Origin: Tubulanus polymorphus
Taxonomy: Eukaryota > Animalia > Nemertea
DNA length: 64,000 nt
Assembly: GCF_964204645.1 (NCBI RefSeq)
Contig: NC_134032.1
Span: 13,256,275 to 13,320,274, forward strand
Direction: 5' to 3'
Shown here: piece by piece, positions 25,211 through 40,290 of the stretch
Layout of the letters: every line of letters starts with the position of its first letter
Numbering within the stretch: position 1 is the first letter of the stretch
Program-made: the position numbers and the translations under genes
The notes under the pieces: generated by a model
Databases searched by the model: none
What the model was told of the DNA's origin: nothing
The model's input: only the letters and a program-made list of their open reading frames with translations

Positions 25211-27818
25211 GTGAGACGACCACATGATACATTATCTTTTTCCTGATTTTCTTCGCAATTTTCCGAAAAATCTCTTTTTCACACCGGAATATCACGAAGA
25301 CGAGTCACAGTGTATGTGATCAACAACTTACCACTCACTGCAAATTCTATTTTCCTGACGTTTTAGGAAGATCACTTTTTCCCCTATTCAGACTTAATTC
25401 AGAATCTTTTCGAAATGTATGCATCCTGAATAAACTTCGAAGATGTGAACAATTCGGGAAAACAGGAATTGATAGCTATATTGTTTCATCACTCCTGAAC
25501 ATACCTCATAATGCGACTGGTTTAAACTGGTTCTAACATTATGAATGTTGTGAATTTTGCTCTCCAGTTTTTCAAGATTGATTTCAAAATAATTTACACT
25601 TTGAATCATAAAAGAATCCGTCATCAACATTCGCGTAAAGCAATGATGAATTTTATAAATTGTTTTTGTTTGTCTCCGGTTCCCAACCGGCCCGGCCACC
25701 CCGCGGGAATGCCATATTTGATTAAGATTTCATACGTTATATCAGTTCGTCGAGTCCCAATACGAACATTTATTCGTTGTTCGTGCTCTCTCCGACCCTC
25801 GGGGAGTTTGCCGAAAACTTCGCTATAGTTACGTAACTAGTATCGGAGGGATGACTCGAGCGCGGCGAGGCGAGACGAGCCCAGCCAAGCGATCATGCGT
25901 TATCTACGACCCATTCTTTTTCGGTCTGATTAAAAACTGTAAAATGAGATTCACTCGCAAAAGTATACTCAAAAAGAACTCGCCTCACCGGAATTTTCAT
26001 TTATACCAGTAACTATATTCATGCTTCGTAACCACAGCCAATGTCGACCCTCTGTCGATGATTTACGTGTTCTTGTGTTGGGTTCCAGCGTCATTGTTTT
26101 TTTTTCGTATACGTTCACCAGGGGGCGCTAAATATTGAAATTATTTACGGGTCGGTTTGAGTTTTAAAAACAGCCAATCTTTGTCCCTGCGACTTTTGGC
26201 ACACATATGACTTGGCAACAGCATAAAAATCGGATTCTAATAATCCCGCACTTGGTGTTGGTGCAAGCGATCAATAACAGGTGCGAGTCATTAATTAGTC
26301 AGGAGTTATCGCTTTCAAGTCACGGCCGGCCGACTTAGCCCCGCACAGGATTTGAAAAAAAAACATTGACCATCAGGTGTGTCTGTCTGGGCTCCTCTGA
26401 TCGATTCGTCGTCTAGTATATACTTAGCGCTTTTGCCATACGCCGCAGTAATCGGACCGGATAGCAACAAAAACAATAATGGCGGAAAATTAGATTCTAT
26501 GGCCTTGGGTTTCAGGCCCATGTCGAGCTTCTTTGAATTGCGCTTAAAGAAAATTCGCACTCATTCACCGTGAAAATGGGCACCTTAGAGAAAGGACAGA
26601 TCTTAGAAATATGAGTTTTTTCGATAACCAAAAATTAAACTATATCCCACTTTCTATTTTCATGATGTTAGATTTAAAAATATATTCATTGAAACAATTT
26701 TACGGATTGATTACTTTTTATTTTCCAAAAACATTTACGATTGTATTCCCATTTCGAAAAATCTTGGCTTTATAAGTGGTACTTTCAAGGCTTTATGGAT
26801 TTCGTTCGCTACCGCCGAACCCCATCCCCTTCGGCACCAGCCTGGGTTTACGGTTTAGGGTTTATAGTTAGGGTAGGTTAGAGTTAGGCTATACTGAAGA
26901 AAGACCGTGTGCTAGTTTAGCAAAGCTATATTCAGTCCTATTCTGGAAGAATGGTCGACGTCGGAAATCCGGAACAGAGCGAAAGAGTAACGAGCGAACT
27001 ATCAGTTTGGAATACCAAAACTGGACTGACTTTATTTTTACACATAGCTATTTATATAACACAGATTCAGACAGATTGAGACATGGAAAATGATACAAAA
27101 ACAAAGGTGACGAGTAGTGACATGACAGTGAGACAAACAACAATTAACACATTCTGACACAGACAAACAGTCTCAGAAGACAATGAGTAATAAGATGGAG
27201 ACATAAAACAATAAAGAAATTCGAAATATAGATGAAATATGTATAACAATTATAGGTGATATTTAGTGTTGTTAAACTAGCGCGTACAGGTCGACGACCT
27301 TCGGCTGAAGATGCGTCGTTTCATTCGCGCGATAATTTCGTTAGACACTTTCAATTACCCGCAAATCCGCGTAGCGACACGAACAAGAACTGACTAATTC
27401 CGCCTTTCGCGTTCGAGTTGTCATTCGTTTCGAGTCGGATGCAGCCTGCTGGGATTTGGATCCTATTCAAGATGGTAAACGGCACTGTCGGCGTTTATCG
27501 GTCATCGTATATGACCAATAGAATTGCATTGGGATGAGCAATGGTATTTTTTCATCATTTCTATTCTGCGCGTTCAAGGCTCGCTGCTCTTCCGCGCTTA
27601 AGAACTTATTGTGTCTGATCTACTCGATGCTCTCCTGAAGAGAGGGTTCGCTGCCGATGAGAGCCTACTGCGTTTGTTCTGACCACTAGACAGGGTTCAC
27701 CGAGAACCCATAATGATCAATGTGCATTGCTTTCTCCTTTTCTTTCTCTGCCTCCGTCCTCTCTCTTTCCTTCTTAACCCTATATCTCCCACTTAACCGC
27801 CCACTCCCATTCTTTCTT

Positions 27819-28076
<258 letters not shown>

Positions 28077-30530
28077 GGGAAGGACGCAAGGCGTGATATA
28101 CGTATCTGTATGAAGAAAATCCGGTTTCTAAGTTTTTTAAATCTTAAAATAGAGTTTGATCCGATTATTTATTTAATTGGCGTCCCTTACAAACCCGCCG
28201 CACCTGCCAAGGGCGATACAGGTGGTTTGATTTTGAAATCGAAGTACAGATATATTTTTGCGATCGACTGTCGAATTCACAGAATTTTTTATTTAAATCG
28301 AAGTACATTGGAAATTTCGGTTCCGGTTCATTCAAACAATCTTCCGACTAACCTGAACCGGCTGATTGGGTTAATATTGTTGGCTGCCTTATCTTAAACA
28401 TTTTTTAGAAATGGAAATAAATATACTGCATGGTTGCAGCTTCTAAGTTTTAGCGGACGCGTTTAGGTAACGATACTTTGCAAAATATCCGCTGAAAGCA
28501 TGTTTACATGTGTCCGATAGCTCTGCGTAAACAACCTGATTTCATGGTGGGATGATCAAGTATCTAGCTGCTCAGAAGATTGGACCAATTTGGCCGTGAA
28601 ATTAGACTAGCAAGCGAGGAACCGAGCGAGCTGGCCCGGCCGGAATCGGGCTGTTAATATTACGTGCTAATTTGCACCGTATATTCGTAACGTCGCGGTC
28701 ATCTTATATATCAGAGGGGTGCGTCGTGACTGTCGTGGAATTGAGGCAATTTTATGTCGAAATTAAGACTTGATTAGTTGGTGCGTACTCCTCCATTTAC
28801 GAGGCTAATTGCTCTGATGATTTTCTGATTAAAGAGAGAGAGAGGAATCTAGTTTTAGATCTCCGGACCATCCACTCTCCACGCACGCTTTCCCGTTATC
28901 GCCTAGTAACTTGACTGCGTGAAATGGCAACCTGTACCTGGTGGGATAATTTAGTAAACCGATGGCTTCGCGAGACTCTCGTCGCGGTTACGAGACTCCT
29001 GTCCTATAGCAGACCATGTTCATGACAAGACACATCTCTTTCGCAGGGATCTGAACCTGATGACATCATGAGACTCTGCCACAGTACAAACCCCTGCCCA
29101 GTAGAAACGTCCTCCCTCAGCAGGTATTTGAACCTGATGACATTGTAAGACTTAGTCACAAACCCCCGACCTAGTTGACACATCCTCCCTATTACATGCG
29201 TTATAAGAACGACAACTTAGAATCAATCACTAAGTGCATACAAAAAAAGACATGTTTTCAATCTGGATTTGTTGGCTGAAACTCGACGAGTGGCGGAATT
29301 CATTCAGAAGAGGAGGAGCCGAATCTAAAATGCCTCCTTAAATTGCGATCAGTAATTTGAGTTCGTTCTGATTTCATCTCTGTTTGTATGAGATGAAACC
29401 GATTCGCTAGGCAGCTCATCAAGTCGGCAATTTACTCGAATATATATTTAAGAATTCTCGATCGCAATTTTGCCGTTTCGTTTGAACAGTTTCACTCGGT
29501 GTCTGATCGGTCTGATTAGTATTGGCGCACTTCCGGCTCTCGTTGTCGTGACAATATATTCAAATTACTTTTACAAACTTCGTCGCCGGCGGGGAGATAC
29601 GCCCGCGCGCGCGGAGAGAGAAAATGACCACTCGCTTGCCAGAACCACTCCGGGGAGTTGTACGCATATACACCGCGGTCCACACGAACACGAGCGATCA
29701 ATCTTTTTCGATGGTCCCTCTTGTTTTTCCTTTTTTCTGTCTCGCGGAGGCCGGTCGACGAGAAGCGATACTATCTCCGTCAAAGATCGTTATAAATAAT
29801 TCATAATTCGTCTCTCGTTGAGACTATCGAGGCTTCTGATTGGGATAACGAAATGGATTTATTCGTTTGGCGACGACAGCCCCCTCACCTCCCCTGCGGC
29901 ATTCATATGCATAATTCGACGTGTACGTCCGTCTTCTTTTGTTCATTTTTCTAGACACCAGATTGATGACCAACTGTAGCTCCTCGAAGCGTGTCCAACG
30001 CGGAACTACTGCCTGATACTGTGGCAATAGAGGATTCCTCTTCAAAGCGATCGAGGATCAACCAGATGTCGCTAGCGGTTACTCGGTCAGCCGCGTTCAA
30101 TTTCTCCTACCTTGCACAGTTTTTGAAATACGGTTTTTATAGTTTATTTGTCACCAACAATATGTACAAATTATAAATAACAAAATAGGTCACAGACAAT
30201 GAGGTGACAGGAGCCTGAGTATAGAGCCATTAAGGCTGTAAATCCAAGAGGATGTTCAGACACCTCGACATAAATAAACATAAACAAGAAAAAAACAGAT
30301 GAACAGGGATGAAGTGATGAAAAATGAAGATGAATTTTGAAATCGAGATTTTCTCTCAATGTTGTTAACTGACCACAGATCATTCAGTTATTTAATGAAA
30401 ACTTATACTAATAACTGGGTAGGAAGATTAGTAGTAGTTAGGGTAGGTTAGAGTAGGTTTGGTGGGTGCGGTGATCATGCATTGATTCGGGGGCCAAAGG
30501 TCTAGTCGGGGTAGCGAACGAACCCCCTAA

Positions 30531-30651
30531 AATTTTCAAAAAGTTCCCTTCGAAAAGTCAATGTTAAAAAATTCGGGTCATGATTTTTCTAATTTTCAAA
30601 AAGTTCCCTTCGAAAAGTCAATGTTAAAAAATTCGGGTCAGGATTTTTCTA
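30531..30651. repeat. Near-perfect 60-bp tandem duplication
   Basis: AATTTTCAAAAAGTTCCC..GATTTTTCT occurs twice with one mismatch. Confidence 0.95.
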
Positions 30652-31379
30652 TATTTTGATGCAATTATCATGTTTTTTTTTTCTAAATTATCCATTCTGA
30701 AATGATTTTAACAGGTATTCAAATAGTCATAAAATCTGTTCTTATTCAATATAGGAAAGTAACCCTTTTCACGGTGTTAAGTGCCAGTTTTCTTGAAATA
30801 GAACTTCCCCTCAAAAAAGCTCGGCACACGCCTGCATTAGAGCATTGTCGGCTGCATGCTCGGTAGATTGGAACAGGCTGTAAACACTGCGAGAGTTATC
30901 ATAAAGGAACGAGTCCCGGTTGCGGAAACATCGCAAAACGAATTAGTAATTCTGAGCACACGCCGCTAAACTTCTCTATGCTAATAAAGTCTAATCGGTT
31001 TATGGCCCTTCCCTTGCCTTCTTCCATTCTCTTCGCTTTCGCTGTAGAATCTTCATTCCAGGTAATTGAGAGGACACTTGAGCAATTGTAGCCGTTAGGA
31101 CGCCACTAACAGGATACTGGAAAGTCTCCGGACGAAGTGTTTAGATAAATATCTTTGTAGACACAGTTAGTGGCGCTGTAAATAGAAACGGCACTTGTCG
31201 CTAGTAAGGCACTTACCGAGTTTCGAGTGTCTATTGTTTCTTCCGCGAGTTTTGCGATATCATTTTACAGCCTTACACGGAGTCTAATGTCTACTGCTTG
31301 GGAATGAATGTAACAGGTTTATTGTCGTTTAGACTCGGTTTATTCTCACCTAGGCTACGATCCGGTTTCGATACCAAGT

Positions 31380-31880
31380 ATAAGATTTCGAAAAAACACA
31401 GTAATTTCTGTCTCTTACTGCAGTTTAGTTGAGATTGGAAAAATCCTACCGTGATTTGGTGTTAAATACTGGGTAAGAGTTTGAGAAATAGAGTAGACTC
31501 TGTCTCTTACTTCGGTAAAGTTAAGACTGGAAGAATTCTATCAGAGTTGGAGTCAAATACTGATTAAGAAGTTGAGAAATACAGTAGACTCTGTCTCTTA
31601 CTGTATTGAAATTTTACCCATAGTTGGTGTCAAATACCGAGTAAGATATTGAGAAATACAGTAGACTCCGTCTCTTACTTCGTTTAAGTTAAGCCTAGTA
31701 GAATTCTACCCGAGTTGGTGTCAAATACTGAGTTTGGGAAGTACAGTTGACTCAGTCAGTTACTGCGGTAAAGTTGAGACTGGTAAAATCTACCCCGAGT
31801 TGGTATCAAATTCCGAGTACCGGTGGTAAGAGTTTGAGAAATACAGAAACATTGTATTTCCGGGTAAAGTTATAGGACCG
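31380..31880 (-). repeat. ~90-bp tandem repeat, reverse copy of the 11950 family
   Basis: GAGAAATACAGTAGACTC.GTCTCTTACT is repeated about 5 times. Confidence 0.85.
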
Positions 31881-33509
31881 ATGAAATTCCTCGAATTTCG
31901 GTTTCGGCGGCGACATGAAAAATGCCAGCGTTTGCTTTGGGCTGCAATATCATTCTTTTAATGAAGTTGAGATGAAAGCCAATTCAATTCGGCCGCGTGT
32001 TCATCGGCCGCGATATGAAATCAACGAACATGGATTTTTCTAGACGTTATTGGAAATGAACGCGAGCCTTTCAGCAATATCTGTATTAATCGTGGTCAAA
32101 ACGAAAATAGAATATCCATCACGCGCCGGAAGCTGTGATCGCATTCCGATGTCGTATGTCTTATATCGTTTGATTTTGTCTTGTCCGACTTTCGATTCGC
32201 CGATAATGTCGTTAGCGTCTCGACGATCTATACAAAACCGGCACTTAAGGAAATGCCCCTTTCCCAGCCTGGATTATCAATGTACTGATATTTACACCAA
32301 TGCGGGGGACAAAGTTTCGAAATATCGGTCGAGCATACGTCTACAGGGCCGTACTTAGCATTTGAATTTTAGGGGCCAGAGAAACCTGAAAGAGGACAGT
32401 TTCATAGGATATAGCAATACTGTTTGCAAATAGTGCACCTCTCCAATATTTCTAGGGGGCAACTGCCCCTAACCCCTTGCTAAATCTGTAGTCGCATATA
32501 CCCCATCAATCAATCAATCACCATTTTGTAGTGTGAAGCTATATTCGTGCTAAGAGTGCATCATGCACGTCACTGTATCCCAATTAACGTCACTGTTTGG
32601 ATATCGTTTTCTAGCTTTGTCGCGCCGAATGACACGATATACGTAGTTTCTCATAAGCGTTAGGATCAGTTGTCAGTGCTGCTTTTTTAAGTGACTTGCA
32701 CAGCCAACACAGGTCGCAACGGTGACGAATCTATGGGGTGAATTCGGAGGCCCCGACCCCTGTGTAATAGGTTGCCTTTTTCTTCAATTCATAGATCGTT
32801 AAGACCAGCGAATTTGAAACTCATCGTTTCGGAAATTGAATATTTTCGGACGTATTTCCTCAAAAATATCTAACACCGAGGGTGGAACCCCAATAGTAGC
32901 CTTCGAAATGGCTTGAGTTTCTGGACGTCTTGAGTTACAGCACGGTTATATATGAATCCATACGGCGCCCACAGATATCACTGAATAAAAACCGTTTATC
33001 TAAAAGAAAGATTGCGTTCATATCGATAGATCGAAAAAAAAAATTCGCCGGATGTACACGACTATATACGGACGCATGGACCGGACCGCCTGCGGGCTCA
33101 GCGCAATATAATATCATATCACATCGTGACGCGACGCGATACTATTAGAAATTGCTGAATTCGGTTTCGATCGATTTTACATTTCGTCGGCCAAATGGAC
33201 AATTTCCAGATACGATTCCCGTCGTTCGATGTTAGACTTTCGATTTTCGAGACGACGGTCTCGTAGCGCAGAACGAGGCTGCGAAAACGATTTTCACGCC
33301 GTCGCTTATTCGACGTATAGTTCGTTATAAACAGCGAGTCGCGCGTCTTAATCAGAGCCGAGTTCTCGATTGTCCGGGACATTTTGAGGAAAATAAATAA
33401 ATCTGTGCCTCGGGGGAGATGGAATGATACGTCGCCTTGTTTGTCTGGATATATTTGATTTTCTGATCATTTCGAATGAGTGGCGTTCGTTGTGGAAAAA
33501 TGTTCGCCT

Positions 33510-33930
33510 TCAATTCCCAGTACCACAATTTAGGATTAATTTCACTCTGGTTGCAGATCCACTGGTGTTGTTTGGTTTCAATTTTGACTGCACTCAATCA
33601 CGCTCAATTTATCTCTGCGACCAGCTCCGTTGCGTGGGTGAGGGCTTAGATCAGAGTCTTGACCCAGTTCCACAGCTGCATGGGTTTAATTCGACTCTGA
33701 AACCAGCTCCTCATCAAAGTTGTGCAGGTTTCATTCGGCTCTGGATGCAGTTCCACACTTTTTTGTTTCCTCTGGATCCAGTTCCACTGTCACTGTTGTG
33801 TGCGTTTAATTCGACTTCAGACCCAATTCAACAGTTATGCGAGTTGCGAGTTAACTTCGTCTCTGGAACCAGTTCCATTTCGTGGGTTTGATTCAACTCT
33901 CGACCCAGTTCCGCATATGTAGGTTTAATC
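33510..33930 (+). repeat. 39-bp minisatellite, diverged array
   Basis: Same unit. Confidence 0.8.
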
Positions 33931-36900
33931 GAGTGAGTTGTGTGCACAGCTGATGGAGTCGACGCGATAGCTTCTAAACCACCCCTAACCCGGGTTACAT
34001 ACCGAAAAGAACAGCCATTTATCGGTTCTCGGCGAAAATCATTATTTGAGTAATGGAATGACTTTCGCTTCCTCGCAAAACGCGTAATTTGTCTTTACCG
34101 ACTGATATTTCGACTTTCATTTATATCGTTATCGTTTGCTGTCGTTGCCGTTTCACTGTCGTCTGTCGTCGGAGCCGTTTCACTGATTGCTCGCTATTCA
34201 TCATCGAATTGTAATCGCGTTATGAACATTTCTCATCGCCGAGACTTGTTAATCGTCGTCGTCGAAGTGTCGACCGAACGCTCCGATATCGTCGCCGACG
34301 TCTTCGCGTGAAATCTTAAACAGATCGATCGCGTCGGTCTCGAACTGCTTGTCGTTGCGCTATAGTTCAGCTCTGTAATTCTATTTGTATAACATTGCGT
34401 TTTCGTGATGTAATCGCGAGAAAACCTCGTTAAAAATCCCGTACTTAACGGCTTATCTTTATATCTGGAGCAAGTTGCTCAAGTCATGGCTTCAGTCCAA
34501 TAATTGTCTTAAATCTTTAGACTGGTCTTAAGTTGTTAGATTGGCTATAGAACTAAGTTGGTCTTAGACTGGTCTTAAGTCTAAGTCATGACTATGCAAT
34601 AGAAGTGTCTTTAGATGAGTGTTGAACTGCTCCAGAGGAAATTACTTCACGTTTTTACTTTTTTTTGCAGCCCGTTTTGAAATTTCGATGGTCGACTGGT
34701 GTTTGAGTTATACTCGCGCCGCCGTGTCATCGAGAATTTAACATTTTTCGCCATTCTGACGGATAATTACAGAATACTAGCTTATACTACGAGTCAATTA
34801 TCGGCTATCAATATCTCAAATAGCGTCAGCCAATTATTTCAACTATTCAACGGCGAACTCGTGGACAATTAGTACGAAACTGTTTGCTTTTTTTTCTGAG
34901 CACCAGTCGTAACGTAAGCGAATCGGGGGCGACACGACGTAAAAATCGGGACTCGATACTAATTACAATGACTGCGCAGGCGGCGTATTGACATTCTCTT
35001 TATTTCAATTGTCACGTCGATACAAGCGCAAATTTTCGGTTCGAATCATGAATATTTCAGGAGGCGATTCGACTCTTTCTTGTTCCGCTGTACATAAATA
35101 TATATATTTCAGAAAGTCGACGCGAATATGTATTTTTTTTAACGACGGTAGATTCCGCCGCCACAGTCGTGTAAAGATGCTGCGCAAGGCGAGCGTTCCT
35201 CCACTGGCAATCGGGGATCCGCCGGGTGCGCTGTTAGTCGGCCGCCTTTGCCCGAATCTGCCGTAGTCGTCTTGAGATGCCATTTATTTTTCGCTCAAAA
35301 TATCTTACGTATTTATTTGACACAAACTTTTGGTAGAATTTCAACCTAATGGAGTAAGAGACAGAGAGTCTTAATCCTTATACTAATACCAGTCCCAAAT
35401 ATATGAACTGTATTTCACAAACTCTTAATCGATGATTGGTGTCGTATTTGGTACCTCAGTATTTGACGTCACTCGATATTTGGAGTCAAATACTAAAAAT
35501 GCGTGGGCATTTCATAATTTCAAAACATTCATGTAAATTAATCGAATATTATAGTATACAATATGTAGCCCTATTTTGAGTCGTTGCACATCCAGTCGCT
35601 CGCAGCTTGGCTCTATGAATACAGATGAAGCCTTTGTGGGTGAAAATGTGCGACACAGTTTTAGAGGTCGAACAGTCGTGCAGGATACGACATATTTTTG
35701 CCAACCAGTGCTGGAGACTTGCCATGAAAAAAAAACAACAAAAGAAGATAATCAGGGCGGTTCCTCAGTTGAGACTTAACTCTATAAATGGTCTTGAATT
35801 TTAAGACTTGTCTTAAGTTGTTAGATTGGTTAAAGAACTAAGATGGTCTTAAATTGGTCTTAAGTCTAAGCCATGACTATTGAACTGGGGATTTATGAAT
35901 CTAGAGGGTCTGTCATCAGTTATTGTGTTTTGCCAACCGTGCAACATGGCGTAGTCGCATATGGCCGCATGACCCTCTTTAACATTCGGGAATTGATTAT
36001 CGTCGCATAATGTTATATTCTAGTTTGACGATACTCAATTATTGAATAACAGATGCTGGTAATTGATAGTGGATTGATACCATTAAAAATCAAGATACCG
36101 TTTTTTATGACAGTAACTGGCACGGGGGCGAGCTTCGCATTTGTTAAATACACGTCACTGTTTTGGTTACGAAGCTGGCATTTTCCGATGCGATGCGATG
36201 TCGACAGTAACGATGTTCGCCCTCCCAATATTTAAATTGTGTCGATTCATTTTTTTCTGAACATTTGTTAAAAAATTGCTTAAAGTGTTCTCTTTTTTTT
36301 CTTTTAATTTCATAATTTTGCCGCAATCTCGAATCTTCGTTGTTGAATGTTCGTTTGGATCGCTATACGTTCAAATCACTATTCGTCTCAACAGGTAAGT
36401 TATGAATTCACCGATTATAGGTGTATTTCTCAATTTATTTCAGATTTTCTCCCCGTTATCATTTCTTCGGAAACTCTTTGTCTTTTAGTCAATCAATCGT
36501 TGTTGACCGTTATGAACAGGTTTTTACTTATCCCGGTGACAGTTCGAGCATTTAAATTTGAGAAATAATCAAAATGCTTTAATCCGTAACAACTAGGGTT
36601 TGTCTATGATTAAGTTCCACCAGTAATCAATTAAAAATTAAATAGTTTTGTCCATAATTTTCACTCTATACAACTAAATGTGAGACTTGCAACTTTGGAA
36701 AACCTATTCCACAGGCCAGTCAGCAGGCTATACATGTAAATATGGCTTATATTTCAGTTCTAGACCGGTCCTAGTTCTGTTGCCAATCTAAACAACTGAA
36801 AACCGGTATGAAATTTAAGAGCACTTTTCGACGGCCGTGGCCACGCAACTGGGGTCGTTGGGCGATATTTCACTTATGAAAAATCTGTTTAAACTTTTTT

Positions 36901-37799
36901 CTTGACAAAGAAAGTTTTTGCGAGCGCGGTGAATTATTCGCCCGACAGGATATTATTTCAAGTTGCCGGGCTGCAAAAAAACCCAATTTAGAACAACGAA
37001 CGCGGAAAATTCAATGTAAATTGATTCCGATGTCGACTCGAATTGTGTAATTCGATCCGCCGGAGGGCTACATAAATTACGAAATATCTATCAACTCGGG
37101 GGTCTGGGGATTCGGAACAGCCGCCGAGAAACTCGGAACACGTCGGGCTGTAATTCGATATAACCATAACGATATGAAACGTTACATTTCGCATGATTTC
37201 ATTATAACCCGTCTCGGAAAACTGTTCGGAAATGAAATTGCCGTCAAAACATGATAATCGTCGATGATAATTTTCATTGCGAGGGTTGTAATAACTGAAA
37301 TGATCGTTGAATTAATTCGTCTCGATGGCTCCGAGTCCGCCGCGCCACTCGCCGCATCACTCGTCGTGCCACTCGGTGACGAATTACGTACGAGAAAATT
37401 AGCGTTTTGCTTAACTCGCTCAATTGACTGCGCGCACCGGACGCGATTTTGCGTTAATTTCCCCGACGGCGCGGAGGCCTCTCGTCCCCCATTTTCGACG
37501 GAGCGTGGGCCTATCGCGTGCATTAGAACAGTTCAAGATTTGATTTCGTAACCGAGTAATCGAAGTTGAGTGAATGAACTGAACAAAAAAACTACGCAAC
37601 TAAAACTGCAAGTCGACTTAAACTCATAGTGATGCTATAATGGCTCCCGGAGCCACATTTCAGCCTTACTATATTGTTGAAGTCATTTTATCATAGAAAT
37701 TTTTATCGTTAAACCATCCATGGTTAAAATCGCAAAAGAGTGATTCATATATAGTTCCGCTAGCAACGGACAGAATTCCACAATCTTCACAACAACTGC

Positions 37800-38560
37800 T
37801 GTGCAGGGTTGATGGATCCAGGTGCTTATTTGTGATGATCTTTGATTTCCAAAATGCCTCATCCGGATGTGGCCAAGTCATCAGTGGAATCCCCCAAGGG
37901 TCTATCCTAGGTCCGGTACTATTCCCGGTGTTCATCGTAGATCGGCCAAATCTCCTTCGAGGATGGCGCTAGAACTCAATTTTGACGAGTGTCACGTCCT
38001 TCCCTGAAACAAATCGATGGCAAAGGAAAATGTAATTTCAAATTATACAATTAACTGAGGAAATCGACCCTATGGAGTGGGAGACCTAGGTATCTGTATT
38101 GATGAAACACTTGACTTAAAAATCATCACTAGTTCACGTCTGGAATTCCCATCACCAACAGAACATCGATGCGCTAGAGGTTGTACGGCGTATTGGAGCC
38201 ACCAAACAAAGGCTACAATTCCACAACTCGCAGTGGTTAGTGCCGAGAAAGAGATGGTTTACAATCAACTTTATGGACACGTTCGCCTAGAGAACCCTCT
38301 TACTTTAGTCGCAATAACCGACAGAGAACCAGACGGCTCAACATGAAGCTGTCTAAAGGAGCGCTGTCGCGCCAAGCTTCGTAGACACTTCTTCTCAGCG
38401 GTCGACAACTGGGTTGTGAACGCGCCGATCACCAATGCATTCGAGAATAGGCCGGATGAAAACTGGGCTAATCGACAGTCCCTGTATGCGCTGTAAACCT
38501 CATTAGGACAGTGAACCTTCGCGCTGTATGGCGCACGCTCAAGCTGAGAACACAGAGTAA
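37800..38560 (+). mobile_element. Degenerate CR1-clade LINE reverse-transcriptase and 3' remnant
   Basis: Motifs SGIPQGSILGPVLF.VFI.D, DLGICIDETL, DALEVVRR, KLRRHFFS and VVNAP..NAFENR.D..W, with many frameshifts and deletions. Confidence 0.85.
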
Positions 38561-40129
38561 TGAAAGGGCTAACCATGTCTCCTCACCAATCAACACTGCT
38601 GTCCACATTTTTATCTGTAACTTTTTTAAGGTTGTTTCACTCTTTTTCGGAGTACACATACCCCGAATTGGTGTCAATATGACCAGTAGAATTTGGTGCA
38701 GTCTGAGTGACGCATTGTTTTATATACGTTTTTTTAAGGATTGTTACATCTTATCATATTCCATAAAAAAACCCCGTACATATATTCGATCCCGGATAGC
38801 CTAGCGTGTGAAGTGTGGTTTACAGTAATTTCAGGTGTGGGTGAGGCCACATTTATTACCTATCACTTCACTCGCTTTCCTCCTTCTTTACCTCCCCTCT
38901 CTTGTACCTCCCCTTTCTGTCACCTTATCTTTTTTTTCGATAATCAACCCCCTACCTCCCCCTCTCTCCCTCCGCTTTCTCGCGTGGCTGGTATCATCTG
39001 TTTTCTGGTAATTTTTATGAGATTTAGATTGATATTTAATGCCTGAAACATCGATGCATTATCAGACGCAGCCATTCACACGACGTGAAGGCTCTTCTGT
39101 AATAAACGTTGGTCTGATCAGAGCAAAAAACATCGTATCTCGTATCGTATCGTAGTCCGCGTGTAAGTGAGGAAAATTGCACGTGAAAACAGTTTTTCGG
39201 GGAATTCGCTAACAGGCACGCGCGTGTGCAGTGAATTTCGACTCATAAATACTTCATATCATAAATTGTCGAGGTGTAATCGTAACCTGTGACAAATTGA
39301 AAGATCAATTTTCAGTCGATTCCAGTAACTGGGTGTCTCGGGTCAAATTAAACTCGCGCGTCAACTGTTTAATGTCCGATGTTGATGATTTCAAAATGAG
39401 ACGAAAGGAGATGAAAAAAGTCCCGCGTCCTTAGATTTCTATAAATCGACGATCCCAAGAGATCTTTACTTATCAAAAGGAATAACAGCAGTTTTTGGAT
39501 TCAACCCCCCCCCCCCAAAAAAAAAAATAGACAAGTAATTTTGGTAGATACCCATAGAATGCACCCAACTCCCTATTAACTCCCTTTAACGTAAGCGTAA
39601 ATCTTAATTTTGAAAAATAAATATACGTGGCGGGGCTATCGATTTTTCTCTCGTTGTCGAATAGCAGCCATCTTGAATACGAGTAGTGTAGGCTTTGTAT
39701 GCGGAAATTCGAGTGCCATCGAAATGTCTCTTCAACGTATTAAACTTTGAATTGACGGCGGCGCCGTCGTTTCTTCGAATCGAATCGATCTGGTATTAAA
39801 GCGCTGGGTGAAGTGATTGCCGTTAGTCGTTTATGAATATGAGGAATGCATGAAATGAACGCGCGTTACATCTCCCTGTACTTCGGGGTGTTAAAAAGAC
39901 TTTTCCGTTGATGTGGGTTTAGTTTGACGTTTTCACCATCCCTCATCCCACTGAGTTCAACTACCGGTATTCAGTTGGTTCCGGGCTTCTTTCCGGAGGC
40001 AGAGAGGCCAGAGAGGCCGTTACCGTGGACCTCAAAAACTCAACAAACACCGTTGACTCTGGACGCGGTTCTATGGTTGTAAGACTTCAGTTTGAACCTA
40101 GTCCTCAATGGTATGGGTTTAACTAATAA

Positions 40130-40290
40130 ATTTCATCCTAAACTCTATTCCATATTTAAATGGCTTCAATTTGAACCCAGTTCCACGGTTGTGTGGGTTT
40201 GATTTTGCTCTGAACTCAGTTCCGCGTTCAATTTGACTCTGAACTCAGTTGCACGGGTGTGTGTGGGTTGAATTCGACTGTGTCGCCAGT
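40130..40290 (+). repeat. 39-bp minisatellite, diverged array
   Basis: Same unit. Confidence 0.75.

Noticed and set aside
26850-26890. Interstitial telomere (TTAGGG-like)
   Set aside because: Only a few degenerate units, located inside a TIR-bounded repeat.
29040-29190. Two CTGATGA motifs in a short tandem duplication
   Set aside because: There is no stem II-GAAA arrangement. The preceding GCAGGGATCTGAACC looks like a reverse B box of a decayed SINE.
29950-30110. Coding-looking stretch after a TTTTCTAG acceptor
   Set aside because: All three + frames stop quickly, and the open minus frame lacks a credible acceptor or start.
35005-35283. GC-rich minus-strand ORF MASQDDYGRF..
   Set aside because: No recognisable homology, no convincing splice sites or partner exons, and several frames are similarly open.
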